Positions 1 through 9,287 of a stretch of DNA of 44,240 bases are shown in pieces; within the stretch, counting starts at the first letter, position 1; every line of letters begins with the position of its first letter. A model generated the notes under the pieces. That model was given only the letters and a program-made list of their open reading frames with translations. It made no database searches and had not been told where the DNA came from. This DNA is from Chthonomonadales bacterium (GTDB lineage Bacteria > Armatimonadota > Chthonomonadetes > Chthonomonadales > CAJBBX01). Position numbers and translations under genes: made by a program. The stretch is taken from assembly GCA_049967475.1 (NCBI GenBank), contig JBMFSQ010000029.1, positions 1-44,240 on the forward strand. Direction: 5' to 3'.

Positions 1-2
1 TC

Positions 3-599
3 CTGGCTTACCTTATGTGGTCCCTGGACGCCAAAGCCGCCGACGAGGGGCGGAGCGCCTTTTCAGGGCGCCTTGGCCAAAAGGTTGCGGCCGATACCAT
101 CACGTTGATGAGCGATCCCGCGCATCCGGATTGTCCCGCCGCACCCTTCTTTGACGACGGATCACCGGTCCCTGCGACGCAGTGGATCCGGGACGGAATT
201 CTGCGGCGGCTCGCCACGTCGCGCTTCTGGGCAGCCAAGACCGGGCAGCCCTTCACCGGACGTCCAGTCAACCTCATTTTTGCCGGCACCGAACTTCCAT
301 TGGAAAAGATGATCGCGTCTACCGAAAAGGGGTTGTTGGTGACGCGCTTCTGGTACATCCGAAGCGTAGATCCTATGCGCCTCCTGCTGACGGGGATGAC
401 GCGGGACGGCCTCTTTCGCATCGAACGGGGTGAAATTGCCGGCGGAGCCAGGAACCTCCGCTTCAACGAAAGTCCTCTGGCCATGCTGGCGCGCACCGTG
501 CAGATCGGCAAGAGCGTCTTGCAGGCCGATATGGGGATGGCCTTCGTGCCGCCCATCAAAGTGGAGGAGTTCCACTTCACCAGCGCTACGGAGTTCTAG
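3..599 (+). CDS. TldD/PmbA family metalloprotease subunit, C-terminal part (5' end outside the window)
   Basis: Frame is open to the window edge. Typical C-terminal motifs: FDDDG-like 'FFDDGSP', 'GLLVTRFWYIR', 'TGMTRDGLF.IE.GEI', 'NLRFNESP'. Confidence 0.85.
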   Translation: MAYLMWSLDAKAADEGRSAFSGRLGQKVAADTITLMSDPAHPDCPAAPFFDDGSPVPATQWIRDGILRRLATSRFWAAKTGQPFTGRPVNLIFAGTELPLEKMIASTEKGLLVTRFWYIRSVDPMRLLLTGMTRDGLFRIERGEIAGGARNLRFNESPLAMLARTVQIGKSVLQADMGMAFVPPIKVEEFHFTSATEF

Positions 600-632
600 G
601 GCGCGGACGGAGTGACGTGTGGGTACGCTGGA

Positions 633-1082
633 TCACCGCGCTTCGGCGGGAGCAGCGTCTTGGGATTCAGTGTCACCCGCAGTGTGCGCAGCCGGAGCCG
701 ATCGCATAACCGCGAGCGCCGAGGATGCCTGGTGGGCCGCAGAGGTCGCCACACGCAAGGAGGCCAGCGCCAAGGCGATAACCGCAATCACTGCAGCACC
801 TAAGGCAAGTGCCATGAGGGCACGCCGCCGCATAACTACTAAGGACACGGGACGGCGCCCCATTCGGATACGCGTCCATATTGCTCGGGTGAGGTCGTGG
901 GAGAGCGGCGGTGCGTCGCGCCGGGCGGCCATCATCTGTATTTCGATGGCATTCCATCGCTGCACGAAGGCGCGGCAAGAAAGGCATTCGCGCAAATGCG
1001 TAGCCACGTCATGCGGTGCTGGACCGCCGTGCGGCTGATCCAGCCAGTTTTGGATGATCCTTTTTCCTTTGGCGCAGGCCAT
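633..1082 (-). CDS. Zinc-binding anti-sigma factor (zf-HC2/ZAS), membrane anchored
   Basis: HxxxCxxC (HLRECLSC), an N-terminal Cys and one TM helix (ALMALALGAAVIAVIALALASL). Lies directly downstream of the ECF sigma gene. Confidence 0.75.
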   Translation of the reverse strand: MACAKGKRIIQNWLDQPHGGPAPHDVATHLRECLSCRAFVQRWNAIEIQMMAARRDAPPLSHDLTRAIWTRIRMGRRPVSLVVMRRRALMALALGAAVIAVIALALASLRVATSAAHQASSALAVMRSAPAAHTAGDTESQDAAPAEAR

Positions 1083-1116
1083 TCAGATACACCTCACTGC
1101 CGGGAACCCCGCCGCG

Positions 1117-1680
1117 TTACACCACGTCCTGCAATCGCCTGGCCAGCCTGTCCCGCCCGCGGTGAAGGCGAACCTTCACGGCGCTCACGGACACGCCCAG
1201 AACGTGGGAAATTTGCTCCACAGGCAGTCCCTCGAAATAGAAGAGCACCAGCGTCAGGCGGTAATGGTCCGGAAGCGCCTCAATGGCATCCCAAATCTGC
1301 CGATTGCGGTCGTGGGTAAGGACGGTCTGCTGCGGGTCCTGAGCAGTTCCGGCAAAATGGGCCGCCTCGATATCCACGGTAGGCTTTCGGGCGCGCATCC
1401 TGCGGCGGCACTCGTTGAGCGTGATGCGGTAGATCCAGCTCGAAAAGAAGCCTCCGGGGCGGTACGAGGGGAGGGCACGATAGGCACGTACGAAGGCTTC
1501 CTGAACGGCATCCTCAGCCTCCGAGCGGTCCCGCAAAAGTCGGTAGGCAAAATGATAGAGGCGCAATTGGTAACGCGCCACCAGTTCGTCAAAGGCTGCC
1601 CGGTCTCCAGAGCGGCACCGGATTGCCAGGCGGTCCTCCACATGGTCGGAAGCATCGCCCCACGCCAAATCGAGCGCCAT
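1117..1680 (-). CDS. ECF RNA polymerase sigma-70 factor (RpoE/SigW-like)
   Basis: Region 2 'AEDAVQEAFVRAY...FSSWIYRI' and region 4 'EQISHVLGVSVSAVKVRLHRGR'. Start placed at ATG 1680, downstream of the putative promoter. Confidence 0.92.
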   Translation of the reverse strand: MALDLAWGDASDHVEDRLAIRCRSGDRAAFDELVARYQLRLYHFAYRLLRDRSEAEDAVQEAFVRAYRALPSYRPGGFFSSWIYRITLNECRRRMRARKPTVDIEAAHFAGTAQDPQQTVLTHDRNRQIWDAIEALPDHYRLTLVLFYFEGLPVEQISHVLGVSVSAVKVRLHRGRDRLARRLQDVV

Positions 1681-1747
1681 ACGGCATGCCCTCGCTTCCC
1701 GCAAGCTCCGCACAACCCCTGCTGGTCGGCCTGCGCCGCACACAATG

Positions 1748-1775
1748 TTGACGATGCGGGCAGGCGGTAGGTTCC
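1748..1775 (-). promoter_or_regulatory. Putative ECF-sigma (autoregulatory) promoter GGAACC-N16-CGTCAA
   Basis: Minus strand reads GGAACC tacc gcct gccc gcat CGTCAA, matching the AAC/CGT pattern of ECF promoters. Confidence 0.6.
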
Positions 1776-1880
1776 TACTCAAGAACGGAGGGCCCCTGCC
1801 GGATGGCCTTTCTGATCGCTAACCGTTTGGGTGGCGGAAAGGTTACCGTATGGGGTGCTCTTCTCGGAGGAACCATTCTC

Positions 1881-1889
1881 TGATATAAT
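1881..1889 (+). promoter_or_regulatory. Extended -10 promoter TGnTATAAT for the TPR-larA-GH operon
   Basis: TGATATAAT about 40 nt upstream of the ATG at 1928. Confidence 0.55.
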
Positions 1890-1927
1890 ACCGAAGCGTC
1901 CGTAGAATCTGCTCGGAAGGAGCCTGG

Positions 1928-3379
1928 ATGATGCCGAAGCGCCTTCTACCCCTGCTTTTCTGCGTGATCTTGCTATTTCCTGCCCTCCTTTGCGCTTCGT
2001 CCCCCGACGACGTCGTGACACATTTCACCCGCGGGGCATCGCTCTACAAGCAAGGCAAACTCGATGAAGCCCTGCAGGAGTTCCTTGCCGCCCACAAACT
2101 CGCGCCCGGCGATGCCGTAATCAACAATTGGATCGGCTTTCTCTATCTGGTGCAGCAGAAGTATGAGGACGCTATCCCGCCGCTGCAGGAGGCCGTAAAG
2201 GCCCGGCCCAACTACGCCGAGGCCTACACCAATTTGGGCAACGCCTATCTGAACACGCGCCAGATAGATGAAGCATTGAAGGCATTCAGAGAAGCAGCCC
2301 GCCTGGATCCCAAGAACGCGAACACACATTACAACCTCGGCAACGTTTACAGCAAGATGGGCCGATACCCTGAAGCCGTTGCCGAATTCCGCAAAGCCGC
2401 TCAGATCAAGCCCGATGACGCCTACACCCAGAGCAATCTGGGTTATGTGCTGCAGCTCACGGGAAAACCCCTCGAGGCTGCAGCGGCCTACGAGCGCGCC
2501 ACAAAGCTGATGCCCCAAAACTCCATCTTCTGGATGAACCTGGGGCTGGCCTATGTGGACCTCAAGCGCTATAGCGATGCCCGGGCGGCCCTCACCAAAG
2601 CCGTAGCCCTCGACGCGAAGAATACCGACGCCCGCATCGCCCTTGGCCAAACTCTGGTGGCACTGAAGCGTGATGCCGAAGCCATCCCGCAGTTCGAGCA
2701 GGCCATGGCCGCCAATCCCAAGGACTTTACGGCGGCGTACTATCTGGGCATGCTCTATGAGCGCGCCAATCGGCTGGACAAGGCGGCAGGAGCCTACAAC
2801 GCTGCTTTGACTGCGCGACCTGCCAGCGTGGAGGCGCTCACGGCGCTGGGCCTTCTTTACTACCGTATGCATCGTTACGATGAAGCGGTAAACACGTTCA
2901 AGCAGCTTACCGTGCGTACCCCCTCCGATGCCGCGGCATGGGTCAACCTGGGATCGGCCTACTCCCGGATGGGCCAGCAGGATGAAGCGGCCAAAGCGTG
3001 GGAGAACGCCGTTCAGCGAGATCCCCGCCGCGAGGACGTGCGCCTGTGGCTGGGCGGATATTACATCGGCACAGGAAAACTGGATCGGGCAGAACTACAG
3101 TACCGAGCCGTTCTGGCTGCCGACCCCAAGAACGCGGTCGCACTGGATGGCTTGGGGCGCATCGCAGATCAGCGCGGGCATCCCGATGTCGCCATTCGCT
3201 ACTATAAGCGGGCAATCGCAGCCAATCCGCGATATGAATACGCCTACAATAACTTGGGAGTGGCGTACGAACGAAAGGGCATGGTGAACGAAGCCATCGC
3301 CATGTACAAAAAGGCCCTGGCGATCAACCCACGTTACGCCGACGCACGCAAGAACCTGGAGCGCTTCAAGGGGCAGTGA
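1928..3379 (+). CDS. Secreted tetratricopeptide-repeat protein (about 13 TPRs)
   Basis: Signal peptide followed by tandem 34-aa repeats (e.g. AEAYTNLGNAY...DEALKAFREAARLDP). No catalytic domain seen. Confidence 0.9.
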   Translation: MMPKRLLPLLFCVILLFPALLCASSPDDVVTHFTRGASLYKQGKLDEALQEFLAAHKLAPGDAVINNWIGFLYLVQQKYEDAIPPLQEAVKARPNYAEAYTNLGNAYLNTRQIDEALKAFREAARLDPKNANTHYNLGNVYSKMGRYPEAVAEFRKAAQIKPDDAYTQSNLGYVLQLTGKPLEAAAAYERATKLMPQNSIFWMNLGLAYVDLKRYSDARAALTKAVALDAKNTDARIALGQTLVALKRDAEAIPQFEQAMAANPKDFTAAYYLGMLYERANRLDKAAGAYNAALTARPASVEALTALGLLYYRMHRYDEAVNTFKQLTVRTPSDAAAWVNLGSAYSRMGQQDEAAKAWENAVQRDPRREDVRLWLGGYYIGTGKLDRAELQYRAVLAADPKNAVALDGLGRIADQRGHPDVAIRYYKRAIAANPRYEYAYNNLGVAYERKGMVNEAIAMYKKALAINPRYADARKNLERFKGQ

Positions 3380-3394
3380 ACCCTAGGAGAGGCG

Positions 3395-4714
3395 TTGGGC
3401 ATCGCCATGACATCGCCGCGCATCCGTCTCGATTATGGCCGGCATGGCCTCTGGGTGAATTTTCCTCCGGGGACGGATCCCCTAATCCTGGCGTCGCAGC
3501 CGGTTTCGGAGTTGCAGCATCCTGATGAGGCGATCCGTAGAGCTCTGCGCTGCCCCATGGGGGCTCCGCCTTTGGCAGATCTTGCACGGGGCCGGCGCGA
3601 TGCCTGCATCGTGATCTGTGATATCACCCGCCCTGTACCCAACCGCATTATCCTTCCGCCGATCTTGGAAGCTCTGGAGAGCGCCGGCATTCCCGATGAA
3701 AGGGTCCAAATCCTCATCGCCACGGGTACCCACCGGCCCAATACGCCCGCTGAGATCGAGGAGATGGTGGGGCGGGAGATCGCCGAGAGGTACCGAGTGC
3801 ACAATCATCGGTGCACTGAAGCCGGCGAACATTGCACCTTGGGCCACTCGCCAGGAGGCGTGCCCGTAGCGCTCGACCGCAGGTATGTTGAAGCGGATCT
3901 CAGGATTACCACGGGCCTCATCGAGCCCCACTTCATGGCGGGCTGGTCCGGAGGACGCAAGCTGGTGATGCCCGGCCTCGCGGCGCTTCCTACGGTGGAA
4001 GCCTGGCACAGCCCACGGTACCTGGAGCATCCCAGGGCAACCGCAGGTATTCTCGAGGGAAACCCGGTCCACGAAGAGGCTCTGGCGATTGCGAACATGG
4101 CCCGGCCGCACTTCATCGTGGATGTTACGCTCAGCGACGGGAACTGCATCACCGGGGTGTTTGCCGGCGATATGGAAGAAGCCTGGCGCCACGGGGTGGC
4201 CTTTGCCGGCAGGTCTTGCCGGGTGGCGATAGATCATCGTGTGGATGTGGTGGTTACCACTTCCGCAGGGCACCCCTTGGATGCCACCTTCTACCAGGCG
4301 GTGAAGGGGATTACGGGTGCGCTGCCCATCGTGAAGCGCGGCGGCACCATCATTGTGGCGGCGGCCTGTTCTGAAGGCATTGGGAGCCCACACTTTGCGC
4401 GGCTTCTTGCGGAGGCAGATGATCTGGCTGGCTTTGCCGACCGTATTCAGCAGCCAACGTGGACCTTCGTTCCCGACCAGTGGCAGGTTGAGGAGCTGGC
4501 GCGCGCTGCGTCCGTTGCTAGGATCGTGTTGGTGTCGGAAGGCATCGCCCCCGAAGATCTGCGCCGCATCCCCGTGGCGTCGGCACCTTCCGTAGAAGCC
4601 GCCGTCGCCGAGGCGCTCGAAGTCTATGGGCCTGGCGCCACAATCGCAGTGATCCCGCGTGGGCCCTATGTAATTGCCGAGTTGGAACGTCATCCATCCG
4701 TGTCCGTTGAGTAG
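3395..4714 (+). CDS. larA: Nickel-pincer-dependent lactate racemase family protein (LarA)
   Basis: Motifs DITRP, IATGTHR, EPHFMAGWSGGRK and FYQAVKG. SD AGGAGA before TTG 3395 (alternative ATG 3407). Confidence 0.85.
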   Translation: MGIAMTSPRIRLDYGRHGLWVNFPPGTDPLILASQPVSELQHPDEAIRRALRCPMGAPPLADLARGRRDACIVICDITRPVPNRIILPPILEALESAGIPDERVQILIATGTHRPNTPAEIEEMVGREIAERYRVHNHRCTEAGEHCTLGHSPGGVPVALDRRYVEADLRITTGLIEPHFMAGWSGGRKLVMPGLAALPTVEAWHSPRYLEHPRATAGILEGNPVHEEALAIANMARPHFIVDVTLSDGNCITGVFAGDMEEAWRHGVAFAGRSCRVAIDHRVDVVVTTSAGHPLDATFYQAVKGITGALPIVKRGGTIIVAAACSEGIGSPHFARLLAEADDLAGFADRIQQPTWTFVPDQWQVEELARAASVARIVLVSEGIAPEDLRRIPVASAPSVEAAVAEALEVYGPGATIAVIPRGPYVIAELERHPSVSVE

Positions 4715-4725
4715 GGAGCCCATTT

Positions 4726-7113
4726 ATGAAGCGCTTCGTTTTCGCTATAAGCTACTGCGCTGTTCGCCGTTTGCCGGTGGTGTGGTGCGTGTTTGCCGTA
4801 GGGATCAGCGCTGCGGGATGTGCATACGGGGCCCAGCGCCATGCCGCAGATGCATCCGGCGCCTTCGCTACGCTCCGTGTGGTGTCCGGAGGAACAGAGG
4901 GCTTCAATCTTCGGTCCCTTAGCGGGGCCGACGGTTTTACTCTGCAGACGCAGCGGGGAGGGGCAGATTGCCTCACGAACCAACCGGGAACACATCCTGA
5001 ATCGCTCTACCTCTACTTTGCTCTGGATCGCCGCCCGCCGGTGTCTCGGCCCGTTTACGTTGAGGTGGTCTATTGGGACGAAGCACCTGGCGTTCGGCTG
5101 ACGCTCGAATATGACAGCACCGCCGGGCCCAGCCTTTTTGACCGATACCGCCGGGCCGATGCTCAAGCCGGCGGCTGGTTCCTGGGCAGCAAACGATGGC
5201 GCACCGCTCTTTTCGAATTGCAGAAGCCGCGGCTTGCCCACGGCCAGAACTTAGGCGCCGATTTTCGGCTGTCTGGTCCTGCCCTTTACGTCCGCAGCGT
5301 CCGCATGTTTCTTGGCCGGCCAAAGGCATGGGCAGCCCTCAGCAAACCCCCCGTGTTCGACCTGAAGCCGCTGGTGCATATAGGGCCGGGAGGGCAGCTC
5401 ATCCTCGGGGGTATGGATCCTTCATCGCGCCGTGATGCGGCTGCGCAGGCTGATGCCTTCATGTCGGTAGCCCCTGCCCTGAAGCAGCTCGGAGTGACCA
5501 GCCACGAAGTGTACGTCCGCTGGAACCTGTGCGAGCCGGAACCCGGCCGTTTCGATTGGAGCATCTACGACCGTTACGTAGCAATCTACCGGAAGTATGA
5601 CCTCAAATGGGTGCCCCTCCTTGTGCTGGGCCCCGCCTATACCCTTCCGGATTGGTATTATCACAAACCGGGCAGCCAGGGATACGTGTGCCTCGAACAT
5701 GGCAAAGAGAGTGACGTGCAATCTCTATGGAACCCCGAACTGCGGAAGCACGTAAGCCGCTTCATCCGCGCCTTCTGTGATCATTACCGCTCCTCTGGCG
5801 TTATCGAGGCCCTTCTGCTGGGTATCACGGGAAACTATGGCGAGGCGATCTATCCCGCATCAGGCAACGACTGGACCGCCGACGTTCACGGCCCTTACCA
5901 TACGCACCCGGGCTTTTGGGCGGGGGATCCTTACGCCGTGAAGAGCTTTCGCATGTGGCTGATCCGCAAATACGGGGGGCCTGGCCCCTTCCGGGACGCC
6001 TGGGGAGAACGATGCGGCGATCTTGCATCGGTAAAGCCCTTCCTCAGACGGGATGCTCCCAACGAACGTGCGTGGCTGGATCTGTGTGACTGGTACATCG
6101 GCTCGATGACGCAATGGGCGCACTTCTGGCTCCAAGAGGCGCGCAAAGCGTTCCCCAAGGGCGACATTTATCTGTGCACCGGCGGGCATGCGCCTCCGGA
6201 ACACGGATCCAACTTTGCCGAGCAGTGCCGTGTCGCAGCCCAGGTGGGAGCCGGCGTGCGTATCACCAACGAAGCAAGCGATTATGCCCTCAATTTCAGC
6301 CTTACGCGCTGGATCGCCTCCGCAGGAAAGCAGTACGGAGCCTATTTCAGCTTCGAACCCGCCTCCCGCGTAGACGCCCACGGCGTGGTTGCCCGCATCT
6401 ACAATGCCACTGCTTCGGGGGCCCGGGGCCTTCATTTCTACTACGGCAACCTCTTTGACCATGCCGAAGAAGGGCTGCGCAACTTCATCCGTTTCGGAAG
6501 CCAGTTCAAGCAGCGCACGCCCATCGTGGAAGTCGCGGTTTACTATCCCCAAACGCACATCAAGCTCTTTGGGAACGATTTTCTGCGGTATGTACAGCCT
6601 TTGCGGGACCGGTTTGACTTCGGGTACATGGCCGATGAGCAGATCCGCGACGGCGGCCTCGCCCACGTTAAGGCGCTCATCCTGCTGGAGGGCAATACTT
6701 CGGAAGATTGGGTTTGGCGGCGCATCGCAGCTTGGGTGCGCAGAGGCGGTTTGCTGATCGTTCCTGACGGGATGGGGCCGCTGCGTACCGTTGAGGGTGA
6801 CGAAAGCTTCCAAAATGAGATCCTCGGACCGGCTGCCCAACACGGGCGCGGACGCGTCCTCGTGTTCCATGGAGATGGCGGCAGCGCCGACTACCGCGCC
6901 TTCGTTACGCGGGAACTGGCCCGGGCCCCCGAGCTTTCAAACAAAACTAGGGCCATGATCTCATCCGACGGTTTGGAAGACCACGTGTACGTAACTCTTT
7001 GCAGCCCAAACGAACTTCTATGGCTCAACTATTCGCCGGCAGAGGTGCGCAAGAGCGGCGTGCTTCTGCCGCCCTACAGCATCGTGTCGCAAACGCTTTC
7101 AGGCGCACCTTGA
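4726..7113 (+). CDS. Secreted glycoside hydrolase (GH14/GH42-like TIM barrel) with an N-terminal accessory domain
   Basis: 'YVRWNLCEPEPGRFDWS.YD', 'LPDW' and 'GNYGEAIYP' (compare GH14 'GELRYP'). C-terminal GH42-trimerisation-like region and a hydrophobic N-terminus. Confidence 0.7.
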   Translation: MKRFVFAISYCAVRRLPVVWCVFAVGISAAGCAYGAQRHAADASGAFATLRVVSGGTEGFNLRSLSGADGFTLQTQRGGADCLTNQPGTHPESLYLYFALDRRPPVSRPVYVEVVYWDEAPGVRLTLEYDSTAGPSLFDRYRRADAQAGGWFLGSKRWRTALFELQKPRLAHGQNLGADFRLSGPALYVRSVRMFLGRPKAWAALSKPPVFDLKPLVHIGPGGQLILGGMDPSSRRDAAAQADAFMSVAPALKQLGVTSHEVYVRWNLCEPEPGRFDWSIYDRYVAIYRKYDLKWVPLLVLGPAYTLPDWYYHKPGSQGYVCLEHGKESDVQSLWNPELRKHVSRFIRAFCDHYRSSGVIEALLLGITGNYGEAIYPASGNDWTADVHGPYHTHPGFWAGDPYAVKSFRMWLIRKYGGPGPFRDAWGERCGDLASVKPFLRRDAPNERAWLDLCDWYIGSMTQWAHFWLQEARKAFPKGDIYLCTGGHAPPEHGSNFAEQCRVAAQVGAGVRITNEASDYALNFSLTRWIASAGKQYGAYFSFEPASRVDAHGVVARIYNATASGARGLHFYYGNLFDHAEEGLRNFIRFGSQFKQRTPIVEVAVYYPQTHIKLFGNDFLRYVQPLRDRFDFGYMADEQIRDGGLAHVKALILLEGNTSEDWVWRRIAAWVRRGGLLIVPDGMGPLRTVEGDESFQNEILGPAAQHGRGRVLVFHGDGGSADYRAFVTRELARAPELSNKTRAMISSDGLEDHVYVTLCSPNELLWLNYSPAEVRKSGVLLPPYSIVSQTLSGAP

Positions 7114-7137
7114 CCCATGTCCCATGGAGGATCCTCG

Positions 7138-8160
7138 ATGCACCTTCTGTTCGTTACGACATTGATTGCCGCCCTTGCGTCCTCTCAAACCTTCGACGCT
7201 CCCCCACCGCTTCACGTTGTAGGGGCTGCCTTGCGAACGCCTGCAGGTAAGGAGGTATTGCTCCGGGGAGTGAACGTGGCAAGCATGGAGTGGACGGCCA
7301 CGGGCGAGAACGTCATCCAGTCCGTGCGCGTAGCCATTGAGGATTGGCATGCGAATGTTATCCGTCTGCCGCTCTGCCAGGATCGCTGGTTCGGCAAGAC
7401 CGAAGGGCAGAACGACGGAGGCGCAGCGTACAGGGAACGTGTCCGAGAGGTGGTCCGTGAGGCATCCCGCCGCGGCGCTTATATCCTCCTAGACCTTCAT
7501 TGGTCCGATGCAGGGGAATGGGGCCGGCACGTGGGGCAGCACAAAATGCCCGACGAAAACAGTGTGGCATTCTGGAAGAGCTGTGCCGCTGCCTTTGCCA
7601 ACCATCCTGCCGTGCTGTTCGACTTGTACAACGAGCCCTATGGCGTCACCTGGAAGATATGGCGGGACGGCGGCGAAGTCACCGAGAATGACCGCGGCGC
7701 CACACTCCGCTACCAAGCCGTGGGATTGCAAACGCTGTTGGACACCGTACGCGCTGCGGGAGCCAGGAACCCGGTTGTAGCGGGCGGTTTAGACTGGGCG
7801 TATGACCTTACAGGGATTGTTCAGGGCTATGCCCTACACGACCCTCACGGCGCCGGAGTGATCTACTCCACCCACATCTACCCATGGAAGAAGGATTGGG
7901 ACCGGTTTGTCGGCCCGGCGATTGGGCGGTATCCGGTGTTGGTGGGTGAGGCAGGATGCTCGCCAGACGCGAGGCAGGAAGATCCCAAAACGTGGGCGCC
8001 GCGCCTCTTGGATTATGTGCGGAAGAACCGCCTGAACTTTACCGCGTGGGACCTGCATCCGGCTGCCGGGCCTTGCCTCATCAAGGACTGGAACTACGCC
8101 CCTACACCGTACTGGGGTGAGTACGTGAAGGCGTTTCTTGCCGAGAAGCCGAACCCATAG
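7138..8160 (+). CDS. GH5 family cellulase/endoglucanase, secreted
   Basis: 'LRGVN', 'NVIRLP', 'ILLDLH', acid/base 'YNEP', 'HIY' and nucleophile 'VGE'. SD GGAGGA before ATG 7138. Confidence 0.9.
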   Translation: MHLLFVTTLIAALASSQTFDAPPPLHVVGAALRTPAGKEVLLRGVNVASMEWTATGENVIQSVRVAIEDWHANVIRLPLCQDRWFGKTEGQNDGGAAYRERVREVVREASRRGAYILLDLHWSDAGEWGRHVGQHKMPDENSVAFWKSCAAAFANHPAVLFDLYNEPYGVTWKIWRDGGEVTENDRGATLRYQAVGLQTLLDTVRAAGARNPVVAGGLDWAYDLTGIVQGYALHDPHGAGVIYSTHIYPWKKDWDRFVGPAIGRYPVLVGEAGCSPDARQEDPKTWAPRLLDYVRKNRLNFTAWDLHPAAGPCLIKDWNYAPTPYWGEYVKAFLAEKPNP

Positions 8161-8163
8161 GGA

Positions 8164-9255
8164 CTAGAGGCTGCGCCGCTCGATCCACAGATCCACGGGC
8201 TTCTTTCCAGCCGGAGGCGTAAAGGGCAGGTGCACCTTGCGGCCGGTTCCTGCCGCTTCGTAGCCGGCGAAGAGGATCTCTAGTACGGTACGCCCGTCCT
8301 CCGCCGTTACGCGGGGGGTGACACCCTGCGTGATGACCTCTGTGAAGTGCTGGAACTCGGCCGGGTAGCCCGAGTTGAACATCTCCTCGAACATGGTAAA
8401 GGTCCATCCCCGCGTGGTGTCGGCCTTTTCCACGGCGTATCCGTATCCCGTGGAGCTGTAGGTGAGGATGGAACTGCCGCGCAGCAGATCGGCATAGGCT
8501 ACTCCGCCGGACCCGTAGACCTCCGTTACGTCTTCCATCCCTCCCGGCTTGGCCCAGGAATCCTCGATGAGGGCGGTGGCGCCGCCTTCAAACTCCACGA
8601 TGAGGATACTGTTATCTTCACCCCGTGTGCGGCCTCTATGCACGTAGGTTCCAAGATGGGCGGTGGCGCTTAGAGCCTTCGGACGGCCCAGGATCCATCG
8701 GGCAAATTCCACCCCGTGGCATCCCATATCCATCATGGCGCCTCCGCCGCTGCGGGTTACGTCCCAGAACCAGGGCGAGTGGGGGCCGCTGTGCTTTTCA
8801 CTCTGCTTCACGAGGAAGAGATCGCCCAGGGCGCCATCCTCCACCAGCTCCTTCACGCGTACGTACTTGGGGGCGAACAACAGCTCCTCAGCATACAGCA
8901 GGAAGCGCCCGCAGGCGTGTGCCGCCTCGATCATGCGGTCCGCCTGATCCAGTGTAACGCAAAGGGGCTTTTCAACGATAACGTGCTTGCCCGCCTGGAG
9001 GGCCGCCACCGCGATCTCCTCATGAAGGTCGTTGGGTACTCCGATGACGACGGCATCCACGTCGCTCTGCTCCAGCAGTTTGGCATAGGGACTGTACCAA
9101 CGCGGGATGCCGTGGCGTGCGGCAAAGGCCTGGGCGTGCTCCGGCGTGGCAGATGCCACGGCCACCACTTCGGCCCCTTTTACTCGGGCGATGCTCTCGG
9201 CATGGATTGTGCTTACGAAGCCGGAACCGATCAACCCATAACGCAAAGTGTCCAT
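8164..9255 (-). CDS. Gfo/Idh/MocA family NAD(P)-dependent oxidoreductase
   Basis: 'YGLIGSG', 'GKHVIVEKP' and 'GGGAMMDMGCH'. Start at ATG 9255 after AAGGGGA. Confidence 0.9.
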   Translation of the reverse strand: MDTLRYGLIGSGFVSTIHAESIARVKGAEVVAVASATPEHAQAFAARHGIPRWYSPYAKLLEQSDVDAVVIGVPNDLHEEIAVAALQAGKHVIVEKPLCVTLDQADRMIEAAHACGRFLLYAEELLFAPKYVRVKELVEDGALGDLFLVKQSEKHSGPHSPWFWDVTRSGGGAMMDMGCHGVEFARWILGRPKALSATAHLGTYVHRGRTRGEDNSILIVEFEGGATALIEDSWAKPGGMEDVTEVYGSGGVAYADLLRGSSILTYSSTGYGYAVEKADTTRGWTFTMFEEMFNSGYPAEFQHFTEVITQGVTPRVTAEDGRTVLEILFAGYEAAGTGRKVHLPFTPPAGKKPVDLWIERRSL

Positions 9256-9287
9256 TCTAGCAGATCCCCTTTCGTTCCGTGGCGCCT

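Noticed and set aside
1928..3379. Periodic sequence suggesting a repeat array
   Set aside because: The periodicity is protein-level TPR repeats, not identical DNA repeats or CRISPR.
3482..4723. Long antisense ORFs (e.g. 3482-4723, 5860-6870, 16044-17123, 27638-28762, 35697-36896)
   Set aside because: These are shadow ORFs opposite well-supported genes, expected at high GC, and show no family motifs.
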